From: Podarcis gaigeae
Lineage: Eukaryota
DNA length: 64,000 nucleotides
Assembly: GCA_964106915.2 (NCBI GenBank)
Contig: OZ066917.1
Strand: one strand, 5' to 3'
A program made the position numbers and the translations under genes. Below, in pieces: positions 38,553 through 51,330 of this stretch (within the stretch, counting starts at the first letter, position 1; every line of letters starts with the position of its first letter). The notes under the pieces were generated by a model that saw only the letters and a program-made list of their open reading frames with translations, had not been told where the DNA came from and ran no database searches.

Positions 38553-38906
38553 GGGGATGCGGGTGGCCCTGTGGGTTAACCCACAAAGCCTAGGGCTTGC
38601 CGATGAGAAGGTTGGTGGTTCGAATCCCCGTGACGGGGTGAGCTCCTGTTGCTCAGTCCCTGCTCCTGCCAACCTAACAGTTTGAAAGCACGTCAAAGTG
38701 CAAGTAGATAAATAGGTACCGCTCCAGCGGGAAGGTAAATGGTGTTTCCGTGCGCTGCTCTGGTTCACCAGAAGCGGCTTAGTCATGCTGGCCACATGAC
38801 CTGGAAGCTGTACACCGGCTTCCTCGGCCAATAAAGTGAGATGAGCGCCGCAAGCCCAGAATCGGCCACGACTGGACCTAATGGTCAGGGGTCCCTTTAC
38901 CTTTAC
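38553..38906 (+). mobile_element. Sauria SINE, full length
   Basis: ggggatgcgggtggccctgtgggtta head, (accttt)n tail. Confidence 0.92.
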
Positions 38907-39800
38907 ACTGCAACTGGGAGCAGCACAAATTGTTTTGTCAAAGCAGGTTTTTGATATGTGATGGCTGGTTATAGATGAGGAAGGGTGTGATAACTTAAGG
39001 CAGATGGCAGAGAGAGTTATCACTCAGACTGACATTTCAGAAACACATTTTTATGTCCTGCACCATGTCACTGAGACTTTGGTTAGTGAAATAATCCCAG
39101 AGCCTTCCATTAGACTTCACAGTAAAGGGAGACCTGAACTTACAATACAGTTGGAACAAAATGAACCTATGATGTGCTTGCTTTTCTTTCTGCTGTGTGG
39201 CGCTTAAGGAATCCAGGAAAAATAATAACTGAAAAGTGGGCAGTATTTTCAGTTCAGCTATTTTTAGCTGAAAGAAAACTCCCTGGTCAGGCCTACCCTT
39301 CCCAAATGCAGAAATATTTGAAGAAGAAAAGAGAGCGCAGAGCTGTCAGTTTCAAGTCAACTGCCTTTTCAAGGTTATACTTTTAAGACGCTTTTACTGT
39401 AGTGATTTTTTTTAAAAAAGAGATCACAATATTTGTAGATGAAAGTCCAGCAATAGCCTGGCAGGAAGGGAGCTGGCCTACAAGCTTTGTTATATAAAAA
39501 GCAAAGGCATTTTTTTTAAAAAAAATCAAAATTCTTATCAGGGCATTACCCTTGGTAGGACAACCAACGTATCACAAAATAGTGTGCAAGTCTCCATATA
39601 TATATATATATATATATATATGCTTTCGTAGATATATATAGTTGCAAACCAAAAACAACTGTAATTTGTAGTGGAAAAAGGGAACCTTATTAATGGTTGA
39701 GAAAACACAATCACCATCCGAAACCTGCCTAACCAGCAGGTTGGTAGGACCAACCCTTGGTAGGACAACCAACGTATCACAAAATAGTGTGCAAGTCTCC

Positions 39801-39831
<31 letters not shown>

Positions 39832-39914
39832 CTTTCGTAGATTTTCACGGGTACAGGAATGCAGGTTTTGGTGTCCTCGGGTGTCTTCCCGTGTAAAAGT
39901 TGGGGTGTCTAGGC

Positions 39915-39948
39915 GACGTTTCGACGAGGTCTCACTCGTCATCTTCAG
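39915..39948 (-). ncRNA. Minimal hammerhead ribozyme motif (left arm)
   Basis: Reverse complement reads CTGAAGA-T-GACGAG-tgagac-CTCGTC-GAAA-CGTC. Confidence 0.6.
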
Positions 39949-40206
39949 GCTGGTGCTTTCGGCTTCTTGTTACTGGAACAGAGCGGGATCTCAATGTTTG
40001 AGTTCCTATAAATACTGTAGAGGGGGTGTGGTGTCTAGCCTCCAATGTTCTGGGCAGAGAGGAAGTTCAGAGGCACACTAGCCTGGGAACTTCCTCTCTG
40101 CCCAGAACATTGGAGGCTAGACACCACACCCCCTCTACAGTATTTATAGGAACTCAAACATTGAGATCCCGCTCTGTTCCAGTAACAAGAAGCCGAAAGC
40201 ACCAGC

Positions 40207-40240
40207 CTGAAGATGACGAGTGAGACCTCGTCGAAACGTC
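40207..40240 (+). ncRNA. Minimal hammerhead ribozyme motif (right arm)
   Basis: CUGANGA box, 6-bp helix II (GACGAG/CTCGTC), GAAA box, palindromic ACGU, GUC cleavage triplet. Confidence 0.6.
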
Positions 40241-40291
40241 GCCTAGACACCCCAACTTTTACACGGGAAGACACCCGAGGACACCAAAACC

Positions 40292-40322
<31 letters not shown>

Positions 40323-40559
40323 GCTTTCGTATATATATATAGTTGCAAACCAAAAACAACTGTAATTTGTAGTGGAAAAAGGGAACCTTATTAATGGTTG
40401 AGAAAACACAATCACCATCCGAAACCTGCCTAACCAGCAATTCATATACGTAAGACAAGCGAAGTAAACGTGATGAATTAGACACCATACCAAGCCCATA
40501 ATGTAAAGCGGGGGGGGGGGGGGGAGGAGATGGGAGGCAAGAAAAAGAAAGAATACTGC

Positions 40560-40870
40560 AAGCAACCAAATATATGAAAGTACAACGAGGCAGATCCTGT
40601 AAAGGGAAAGTAAAAGATGATAACATTGACAGAATTAAGCATCCCAAATATTCTCGTAGTGTTAAGGTAGGTGCTGTTATGTTCACTGTTAACGTAAGCA
40701 ATATAGGACTACTATGTTGAATTAAATATCTGTTTTTGAAAAGGCAAGGAAAACTCTCAGTTTCTGAGTCAGTTTCTCCATGAATGCTATATACCACACC
40801 TTGTGATACCAATAAACACAAATCTTTCCAATGTTTGACCATAGTCAACCCAGCTGCCATCAATTAAGTG
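40560..40870 (-). mobile_element. Degenerate L1-type LINE 3' fragment
   Basis: LIDGSW / AAGLTMVKHWKD-like translation similar to the fragment at 1-480. Confidence 0.35.
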
Positions 40871-43800
40871 GTTAATTAGGTCCTGATCTTTGAGGTCTGC
40901 ACCTGTGTTAAGTGCAAGCTTTTGAGTTCCCCAGGGCTCTTCATCTGGGTAAATGGTGAACAGAGCAAGCAAGCAAGCGAGGGAGGAGAGGAAGAAAGTT
41001 TGCTGAATTGAAGCCACAGAATCTTCATCATTTAGGAGACCTAAGATGGAAACAACAAAAAGGTAAGAGACATTCAAATAACAATGTTATTTGGTAGGCA
41101 GGTTGCACCCAAGCCTTCTAGGAAGAAGCAGCATATAATGTTTGATGCCCTGTATTTGAAAATAAAAATTCAGCTGCTAGCCAGATTCACCTCCACCTTT
41201 AGGCAAAACTCACAAGTTCCTCAGTACAGTAGTGGAAAATAGGAATAAAGAGAAGCTAGGCAGCTTATATATTAACAAAGCAGGAATTAACTATATTTCC
41301 TGGCCAGTTGTTTTTTTGTTAGTGGTCACTCCCAACTGCATTGTTCCTGGGCACATCCTGTTCATTCTGCAACATTTCATTGCTTTGCCCTGCAAATATT
41401 AGTCAGACACATTAATGCCTTCAGTACACCAGTCTCAGTTAATCTAGCATTTCCATGTTCCATATCTAGTAATACAAAAATTCAAAGTGGTTAAGGGATT
41501 TGCTATAATTTCTTTTGGTAGACTTCTGATGTCAAAACTCACATTGTTAAGCTAACTATGCATAGCATTCACCAGCAGATGCTGCTCAACAGCCACTGTT
41601 TCATCGCTTCCTATTGCACAATCATTGCAAACGAGCAATGAAATGTCCTAGATATTTTTCTTCATTTTAATTAACAGTTTTATGTAATCTACATCCTAAC
41701 CCTTTGTGTATTATTCATACATTTAAATGCTAAAACCAGTAGCTTCCTCTAGGCTTCGAGATGTATTTATGGATTGATTCGGTGCTTAAATCCAAAACAC
41801 CTATGAATAAAAGATTGTTCTCTTGTCTCATGATATGGATGATCAATCAGGCTGGCAGGCAGGGCAAAAGCGTGCTGGATCCGGATGAATTTGGCCATTC
41901 AGCAGGAGTTCACTTGTAAAGAGCCTTGATAGGCCTGCCTGAGAAGACAGTTGCAGAGCTTAGATGTGGCAGTTTAGAAGGTCATATTGCATATTCACAC
42001 TAAACACACTAGTGTGAGGCAATTGTGGAGCAATTAGCCTCATATAAACAACATGCTTAAGTCTCCTTAATGCATGAATAGGTTAATACCATAGAGTAAG
42101 CTGTCCGGCCAGGCTCAGCCTATGTCACTTCCCCTCACTTTGGAAGGAAATGGGCACACTGGAGAGTCAGTGTGGAGCAGTGGTTAAGAGCGGTAGACTC
42201 AGGATATCAAATACAAACCTCCTGCTGCTGCTGCTTATTTTTCAGACAAGAAAGGAGTCTGAAGTTAGGGTTTTACCATTTTGTAACCAAGCAACGTTGA
42301 ATTGCCTGTGTATTGTTTCGGACGGCTGTATGGAAAAACACATGAATCTAACCTTTAACGAGGTTTGTAAGTAACCCATTTTACGTATAACTTACCAAAC
42401 GTATCATCTACCTGTGTGCTAGGGAAGTGGGATACTTTGGAGTTCAGTGAAAAAGCCACATTTTAAAAGGTTTGCAGTCTTTATTTCCACGCTTTTATTT
42501 GCTCCATGTTTTGCTGCGGTTCTCTCACCAGAGAATACTTGCCTCAGACTTGGGTCTTGGCTTCCAGGGTTTCCAACAATAAGCACCCTGACACACACCC
42601 CCCCCCCCACTAAAAAGGGACTGTGGCTTCCTTCTTTAGTAAATGGGCCCCTCAGGAAGTTCTCAGCATCTGGTAGGTTCCTGTGGGAATAAGTATCCCT
42701 TAGGATATGCTGGTCCTAAGCCATGAGGAGCATTAAAAGCCAAAACCAAAACGTTCAACTGTGCTCAGGAGATGGGCCTAAAGTCAGTGCCGTGCTATTA
42801 AAAGGTGGCTTCACTGACTGTAATCTAAAATAATGGTGTTTAGCTGCTCAGAACACTAAATCCGTTGCTGAAAACACTAACCCCTATTCCCTCATGACCT
42901 TCTCTGCTGTTGGGCAGGTCTGCCCAATCACTGGACAGAGTGAGACAAATTCTTTTGTAGGTATGTGAATAGATGCTAGGAGAAAGGTTACATTTATTAG
43001 ATATTATCCTTCTTCCCTTACATTTGTGAGTTCAGCAGAGTGCATCCCTTTGCAGCTTAAAAGATAGGCAAGTTTTAGCCTTTTGGTTGAAGTCATCCAG
43101 GATGCTTTAAGGCGGACTGGATTCTCCCAGTATTCCCCCCTTTAAACAATAATCAAACACACAGTCTTGTAAAAAGTAGCAATAACATTTACTCACTCAG
43201 AGTTTCTGTTGCGGAATAACAGATACAGCAGCTTTGTTCAGGCAGGCTTAAAATGGCAGTTCAGTTACAAGGACGTACTTTAGTCTACCTTAAGATGGGC
43301 TCTGAGCCGTAGGTCAGATTTAGCAGTGGTTCTCACCTTTTTTTGCTTGATGATGAAGTTGGAAGAGAAAGAGGAGAGGTTGTGCCCAGGTAGGTAAGGA
43401 CAATATATGTCGCTACACCCTCGCCTTGACAGGGAACAGTGGGAGAATATTTCAGAGGGTTCTCTCTAGCAAACACACAGAAAAACTCTGTGAGCTTCAG
43501 CTCCTATCCTGTCCCTATCTAGCACCATTGGTTTGGCTGTATTGTAAATACAGTATCCCACATCCTTAAGTGCCAGATTCCAGGGGAGAAGAGAAAAGGC
43601 AGGGGAAAGAGATGGTTGAAGGCAGTGTTGGGGGACAGAGCTGTGCCGTCAGGTGTGGTGGAAGATGCTGTCCTGTTGCCAGTTCTCAATTTTTCACGTA
43701 GAAAGGGAGGAGGGCATCAGCCGGTGATTCACCTCAGGTAGCAAAATGTTTTGAACTGGCCCTGCTGTTGAGGGCCTGCTGTGATGAAAAGTGACGTAAA

Positions 43801-43977
43801 TGAAAGCAAGGAAGGTCAGCTCAAATCAGCCATCCGATTCTCGCATCTGACAGTATAAACTGGAAGCTCCAAATCTCAGGCATTTAAGTCGGGAGCCGTT
43901 CTGTATCCCTCATGATGAGGTAATGGAGGGTCCCAGCAAGCAATTTCTTTTCTGCTCCATTTTGGAATAGATACTGG

Positions 43978-43990
43978 GTTGCTAGGCAAC
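43978..43990. promoter_or_regulatory. RFX X-box GTTGCTAGGCAAC (3' flank of copy 2)
   Basis: Identical to 18273-18285 within a duplicated ~300-bp block. Confidence 0.55.
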
Positions 43991-44646
43991 ATTTTCCATG
44001 TAGCTTGCTCCTCATCAAGCGAACCAGATAAAAATCAAAACAATTTTTTTAACCTTCTCCTGGGTCAAGTTATTTTGGCAATGTGACAAGATAAATTAAG
44101 TTAGGGAAATCGTCCTCAAAGGGAGACTGCCTCAAGTTTAACCTGCCTAGGTCTCATCCAATTTATTTATAATCTGTCAATAAAATTCTTACTGCCTGAT
44201 AATCTGTTGAAAGAAATGTTCAACAAAGGGGGGGGGGGGATTGAGACTAAGAGTGTAGAAAGGAAGATTGCTTGTTCTATTATATTCAAATAGATTATTG
44301 AATATTACTTTATTTCATATAAGCCATTCTATTTTAAAGTTATGTTTTATTAGGACTTTCTGTATTGGATCAGATTATTATAAGGTGTGTGTTTGTTGTG
44401 TATTTTGTTGCCGTAAACTGCTCTGTGTATAGTAATATAGAAGGGTCATTTTACAAATTGAAATGAAGTGAAGATTGGCAATTAAATTTATAGGAAAGCA
44501 AGCCCCGCCCCCCCCCCTTTTTAAAGGGGTCAATAACACTTTAACAGAAGGAGAATCTGTGCTGGCAAAAAATATCCCTCTCTACAAATACTTACTTTGT
44601 AGGATCCCTGTATTGAAGTGGAGAGGTGTGTGAGTCTGGAAACTTA

Positions 44647-44692
<46 letters not shown>
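44647..44692. repeat. (TAA)n microsatellite (probable retroelement tail)
   Basis: Direct observation. Confidence 0.9.
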
Positions 44693-44693
<1 letters not shown>

Positions 44694-45681
44694 TTTATTT
44701 TATTTTATTTGTACCCCGCCCATCTGACTGGATTGTCCCAGCCACTCTGGGTGACTTTGAACACATATAAAAACATAATAAAACCTTAAACACATAACAA
44801 TGCATATAGAATGTATCTATTTGAAGGAATATGCTGTATAAATGCTTCTGGGTTTTTATGAGGATATTTTTCTTAATTGCAAAATTTGTAGAAGTGAATT
44901 TGAGATTTGAAGAATTAGAAATGGAGAGAACCAAAATGGACAGAACCTGTAGTTTATGCCCATTAGCTTTTGTTCTGCCCTCTGGTCTTTGCCCTCCTCT
45001 TTGCAACATCCCTTCAGGTGTTTTAAGAGTCTTAACATGCCCACCTTCCTTTTTTCTCAGGACTCCTATTCCATTCTCCTGACCATTTTTGCCATTCAGG
45101 TTTTTATTTTCTTCCAGCGTCATATTTCCCTGCTCCCAACCCCTCTGAAATGATGAATGGGTGCTAATAGATGGGCCACAGGCCAGCTGAAGTGGCAAGC
45201 TGTGCTGTTTTGTGAGCATCTCGGCTGCGCATGCTGCCGATGCAGGCCATTACTCACACAGTATGTCCCAGTTCAATGGCTGATCTAATTGACTTTTTTG
45301 TTTCACCTCCCAACTGAGCAAGGCAGTAATAAAACAACTCTGAAAGATGGATGCTGTATCCAGCGATGCAAAGGAAGGATGGATTCAGAATGCCAAGTGG
45401 TGGAGGAAGTTAAGGTTCTGGCGCCTTGGACCATTCTGAAGTTGCTCCTGCTTTTCCTTTCATAACAGCTCCAGGTTGTCTCCTTGAAAAAGGAACAAGT
45501 TGTTTTAAGACAGCTTTTGCTGCCCTCCAGATGTGTTGGGTTGACTAGCACAGATGAGAGTTGTAGTCCAAAATATCTAAAGTCTACCATTTTACGTTTT
45601 TGAATCATCCCAGGCTTTTGTCATTTTGAAAGAAATAATCTGCAGCTTTTGGAGACTTATTTTCTCCAAACGGACTACTTA

Positions 45682-45936
45682 CCGTTTTTTTTGTTCTATA
45701 AGACTTACTTTTTCCCTCCTAAAAAGGGGAAATGTGTGTGCGCCTTATGGAGCGAATGCAGGCTGCGCAGCTATCCCAGAAGCCAGAATAGCAAGAGGGA
45801 TTGCTGCTTTCACTGCGCAGCGATCCCTCTTGCTGTTCTGGCTTCTGAGATTCAGAATATTTTTTTTCTTGTTTTCCTCCTCCAAAAACTAGGTGCGTCT
45901 TGTGGTCTGGTGCGTCTTATAGAGCGAAAAATACAG
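45682..45936. mobile_element. mariner/pogo-type MITE, family B
   Basis: Highly similar to 2681-2948. Confidence 0.8.
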
Positions 45937-47401
45937 CATTTCCTCCCTGCCCACCAAGCTATAGTATATTCTGCTTGGTACATGGTCTGTTGTGCTTTTT
46001 TAAAAAAAACAAAAAACAAAAAAAACACACCATGTGCAGCCCCCCCCCAGGGTAAATCTATATGTTTATTTATAGCCAGCAACTTTTTACCTCCCAAATG
46101 TGTGTAGCCAACATTCATAGCTACCTCCAGCCCGCTGGGCATTCCTCAACTTGTTGACTCCCTCTGTGTAGGGCAGAAATAGCAATAGGTCTTCTAGTTT
46201 CCAGGCATCTGACTGAGCACATATTTTGGATGCCACAGACTATTGCCTTAAGCGTACACTTCCACACTCTGTGTTTTAAAAGGGACTCGGTGCTCCCATG
46301 CCCAGTGAAAAGGGAGTAGAAATTAATAGGGAAGAAAGGGCAACGGGCCGGCTGAAATGTGGAGAGTTGTGGAGGCTTACAGAGCAAACACAATAAGTAG
46401 CCAGTGCTAAAGACCTTCCATCTAGGTCAGTATGCAGCTCATGGCTTATTTGAAGTGAATATTCGAGCGGTTTGGTTGTCGCCTGTGAGAAAATCGCATG
46501 TTTTTACTGCAGTGATTTAGAATATAGAAAGCCTAATCCTATCCCTCAGTGATTATTCTCAGTTGCAGGGATATATTCAAATAAGCAATCTTGCACTGTG
46601 AGTCAGGTTCTCCTTGATCACAGAACACAGAAAATAGGCTGTAAACTCAGGGCCGGCCTCCCCATGAGGCAAGGTGAGACGACTGCCTCGGGCGGCAGGA
46701 TCCACAGGGGCGGCACATCCAAGGAACGTGCCGCTTGCCACCATGCCACAGTGGCTGGGGTGTGCTCCTTGGAGACTGGATTTGCCGCTGCCTCGGACTC
46801 CACCATGCTGTCTCCGCAGCAGCCTCTTGCTGAAAAGAAGGCTCTGCTGGTGTCCTTGCACCCTCAGTGAGGAAGTGACAGGAGTTGCCCTCTGGGCTCT
46901 TCTGGGCCTCGGCATCCACCCGGTGCGATTTATGTGGGAATGTTCAGGGAGGCAGGAGAGGATATATTGTTTAATAATATCCTTCCTAACTTGCGCTAGC
47001 AAGTTCAATAACTTAGCAGAGTTTTACATTCCCCTTTTAAATGCACAGCAGGTAGCTGGTTGCAGGCTTGTGTAAGCCTCTCACTATTAGGTTCCTGGTA
47101 GGTTCCCTTATATCCCTCTAAAAAGAATGAACACGCCACAATCTTATTTAAGATATATAAAAGTAGTTTACTCACATCATCAGTTCACAGATGGATCCCT
47201 GAAGGCAGACTTAGTTACAGATATATACATGTGGGTCTATCCCATATGGAGGTAGTCTCTTTGTCCTCTGTTGGCTGAAAGCATCTCTGGCTAAAAAGCT
47301 GCTGCTCCAACGGCGAGGTCCAAAAAAGAGAAAGATGGCTGCATGCCTCGTCCATTTGTGTTACCTGAACAAGTAAGGTCACGCCCACCTCTAGTCACAT
47401 G

Positions 47402-47548
47402 CAGTGGCGTAGCGTGGGGGGTGCAGGGGGGGCCGGCCGCACCGGGCGCAACATCTGGGGGTTAGGGTTAGGGGGCGCAAATCCATGGGTTAGGGGGCAC
47501 AAATTACATGCCTTGCCCCGGGTGCTGACAACCCACGCTACGCTACTG
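47402..47548. mobile_element. Young hAT MITE
   Basis: TIR cagtggcgtagcgtggg/cccacgctacgctactg, perfect 8-bp TSD gtcacatg. Confidence 0.85.
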
Positions 47549-48765
47549 GTCACATGCAAAAGGAAAGATGCTCCAGCCCAGGAGCAAACAGTAAGTTTTT
47601 GACTGGCTGGAACAAACATCCCCTTTGTATGTCCACTCTAGGCAAACAGAGAATGTTGTACTTGACTGCTACTTATGTTTCACACCCCACAATTTAGAGC
47701 AGGCCCTTTATCTCTGCGAAGGCCTTTGCTTACTAGTTCAACCAATGGGTAGGGTTGATTTGATTCCCTCTCTTCTCAATGTTGATCTTATACCCCCTCT
47801 CCCCCCGATGTAGAGATCTTGATTCCCCCCTTCTTCCATGGGGGGTGGGCACCATTTTTGTGGCTTGCCTCGGGTGCCAAAATGCATTGGGCCGGCCCTG
47901 CTTACACTGAATCAGACCATTGGCCCATCAAGCTCACGATTGTCTACACTGATTGGTAGCTGCTGAGATCTTTCCCAACCCTACCTGCAAATGCTGGGGA
48001 TTGAATCTGGGACATTTGGTATATAAAGCAGATGCTCCACCACTGAGCTAAGGCCCTTCCATTGGGGCTAAATATTTTAAAAATCAAATTGCAAGTATAT
48101 GCCTTTGGAGGGCAAGGAACCTCACCCGTATTTCCCTTGCTGGCTGCAAGAAAAGCACAAGGCAGAGACATGGAAGAGAAGCAAGAGACTGTCATGAACA
48201 ACAGCCTAGGTGTATGATGTCTAAACTTGCCCTCCTTGTAATAATATCAAGATAGATTTCCTAGAGTACGTTCTAAAAATAAATGGGAAAATTGAATTAT
48301 GTTTATTAGGCTGTGATGAACGTTTAAGTAGGGCATTAAACGGAAGGGGGGGGAGAATGTTCAGGGTAGCATATTGGATTTGCCATCATTTTATTAAGTG
48401 AAAGGTAGCACTGGCAGGAAGCCCTCCTTCTGTTTGCAAAATCCACTGTGTGCAGCTGCTTGACCTGCAGGAAGGGCTATATGAAGGAAGGAAAACACAG
48501 GATTGGTTGTGTTTAACAAGGCTGGTAGAGAACGTTCATACGTGGGGAAAGCTATCTGTCTACACACCATACAATGGGGGAGTGGAAGAACAGCACCAAG
48601 GAGCATAGCTTTTTCCAGAGGAGGAGTGATGGCATCATCAAAACTGCTTGGGTAATTGATGGGCCCTCCTTGTTCTTCCTGGCAAGTAAATGAGGTGATA
48701 ATGAGGCCTTCAAGTCTGTTCTGAGGCAGATTAGGATAGACGGGGCCAGAGAAGGAGGAAAATAA

Positions 48766-48906
48766 TCATAGAATTGTAGAGTTGGAAGGGACCATAAGGG
48801 TCATCTAGTCCAACCCGCTGCAACTCTGGAATCTTTTGCCCCATGTGGGACTTGAACCCATGATCCTGGATTTAAAAGTCTCATGCTCTACCAGCTGAGC
48901 TATCAC
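48766..48906 (-). mobile_element. SINE with tRNA-Lys-like head and CR1-type tail
   Basis: Minus strand gatagctcagctggtagagcatgagact...ggttcaagtcccac followed by gttggactagatgacc...cccttccaactctacaattctatga. Confidence 0.75.
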
Positions 48907-51134
48907 GCCAGCTGTTTAAATGATAGCACTTCTTTGCAAGATGGTTTGCACTTCTATTTAAAAGCTAAATTTGCATTTAAACTGGCTGAGGCTCTTTTCT
49001 TCAAATTCAGTGTGTTTTACTATTTGGGTCTTTGAGTGGTATTCAGCTAAAACCATCTATATCTTCCCCAAAACAAAAAATATATATGTAGATGCATCAA
49101 ATTGTGCTTCTATAGTTTTGCCTAAAGAGCCTGATTTTATTTTAATTCACAGATAGAGACTGAGCACTGATATAGTTCCAAGTTTCTAAGAGTTAAAGGA
49201 ATTTGGGCCTCCCCCCGCCCCTTACAGAAACATAACATTGTCACAATTCTGATTTTAATTTTTTTAAAAAAAATATGCGTAGCATTCAGCTAAGACTTAC
49301 TCAAAGTGGACCCACTGCAGTTCATGAACATAAGTTAGATCCATTTATTTCAATGAGTCTACTCTGAGTAAAAACTCAGTTGAGTCCCACCCTGTGCGAT
49401 CCAAAAGCAAATACCATTCAGTTATTTTGCTGCGTACTGTGCCTGATCTTCGGAGTGGGTGCATGTGTTTGTGTCTTATTTGGATCACCACAGATCCCTG
49501 CACTTTTGGATTCCTTTTGGACCATGTCTGCTGTCAGGATGACCTGCACACTGGCCACAACACTACAACTATGTAATATAGACAGATAGTTTTTCTGCCC
49601 ATGCTGCATATTTCAAGCTAATCCCGAACACCTTTTTTTGTTTTTGTTTGTGCTGACATTACAGAACACGATGAAAAACAGAAATGAGGTTCCCTGCTCT
49701 GTTCAGGGAGAGGTGGATTTGAGGCACAACACATAAAGCTTGATCTTTTTACGATGACAAGAAGTTCTCTTGATGTGAAAATGGGAAGGCTCATCTGGAC
49801 AGGACCATAATGGCACTAAACTGAGTTTTGGTTCCCTTCAGTGTATGCCACAGTCTGTATTCTTAATTGAAACCGATGGCTCCCTGGGTAGCTGGGAGCC
49901 GCATGGCAGCTTTTTATTACACCCTCTATTATCTTTGCTGTTACCTTGGAAAATGTAGTGTGCCTTTTATTGATACGGGAACAAACGTTGCATTATTCCT
50001 CCCTTTCCCGCAAAGCACTTTTGGGGGAGTTTAGGAAGAGAGTAGCATCTTGGATTTTGACTTAAGACCGAATTGCATGCAGTCGTTACCAGAGTTGTCA
50101 GGAAAAGGGGAAAATACTAATGGTGGGTTTTAAACAGGCGAAATAAGCCAAAATATGCATAATTTTCTAAAGGCAGCTGTCTTGAGGGGTTCATTCATCA
50201 AATGGAGGAGATTATAAAATATATGTGGTTTTTGCATATTCATTTAAAGCCTCTGCTTTAGAAAGCCAGATAAGACTAATGGCAAAATAAATCACTTTGT
50301 ATCCATTTAGTGATGGCACTTTATGACTAATGAACAATTGGGGAGTGGGGCGGGGGAGGGGGATGACCTTTGCTGAGGTATTGTAGGCTTTGCTGTAGTA
50401 ATGGTTTGCAAACACCACGGTTGTGCCTGAGTACATCATAATGGAAGGAAATCCATGACAGGATGCCAATTATGACATATACATTCCATTAATTTACACC
50501 CAGCCCCCAGAGGAATGCATGTTGCCCGGAAGGTCTGTGCATGGACAACAAGATCCTTCTGTTATTTTGTGCAAAAGAGCCAACTGTATGTTGCGACCCA
50601 ACATTCTGTACTAGATAATGTGTTTCTCCGTGGAGGAAAATGCCCAGACTGCTTACTGTGCAGATATTGATCATGTGCGCCACAATCTGGCTACAATCTC
50701 GTATGGCCTCTCTCTCTGAAGGCAAAGATTGGCAGGGACATCTCTGCACAATCCAATCGCCTGCCAGTGCAAAAAAGGTTTCAAATTCCTTTGCCATCTA
50801 AAACTGGTTATAAGTAAGCTCTTACATAAATAAAAAGGAGCTTTTCATGTTAACTGTAAACTCAAAAGAACAACGGGTTGGCGGGCTCACCTTAGCAGAA
50901 ACACTGTTCCATATTATATATTGGAGAGTGGCACCTTTATTTACACGGTTATTTTTAAATGTTCTTGCTGCTGCCTTGAAAAAAAGACTGTAATAAATAC
51001 TATGGGCTTTCCCTACGAAGGCAGTATTAATAGCCCAGTGATAGCAGTATTAATAGCTCAGTGATAGCCCAGGAGTCAGTATTTGTAATAGAGACAGACA
51101 ACCCCGCACCAATGTTAATTTGGAAATAAGTAAA

Positions 51135-51330
51135 AAATAAAATAAAAAAATTGTCCAGTAGCACCTTAGAGTCTAAGTTTGTTCTGGGTATAAGCTTTCA
51201 GATACACTGAAACAGAAGTCACCAGACCCTTATATATACAGTGGGAGGGTGGGGTGGGGTTTTTCTCAGAAGGGTAGTAGGAGATGGGGGATTGACTCAG
51301 TGGGTATGGTAAACCTGTTAATTTGGAAAG
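51135..51330 (-). mobile_element. Degenerate Penelope-like terminal repeat fragment
   Basis: gtccagtagcaccttagag...gctttcagatacactgaaacagaagtcaccagacc resembles a recalled squamate PLE end. Confidence 0.5.

Larger units (their letters stand above)
39859..40296. mobile_element. Perfect 210-bp inverted repeat (arms 39859-40068 and 40087-40296, 18-nt spacer), Penelope-like terminal repeats
   Basis: Arms read as exact reverse complements; hammerhead core in each arm; inserted next to (TA)n. Confidence 0.8.
39548..40439. repeat. Direct repeats containing (TA)n that flank the inverted repeat (39548-39738, 39753-39842, 40295-40439)
   Basis: Near-identical segments read directly. Confidence 0.9.

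Noticed and set aside
39538-40863. Long ORFs (134-206 aa) over the palindrome
   Set aside because: Produced by (TA)n and inverted-repeat sequence; no recognisable domain
47456-47475. Interstitial telomeric repeat
   Set aside because: Only two TTAGGG units, inside a MITE
48835-48906. tRNA-Lys gene
   Set aside because: Degenerate stems and directly fused to a CR1-type tail, so it is a SINE head
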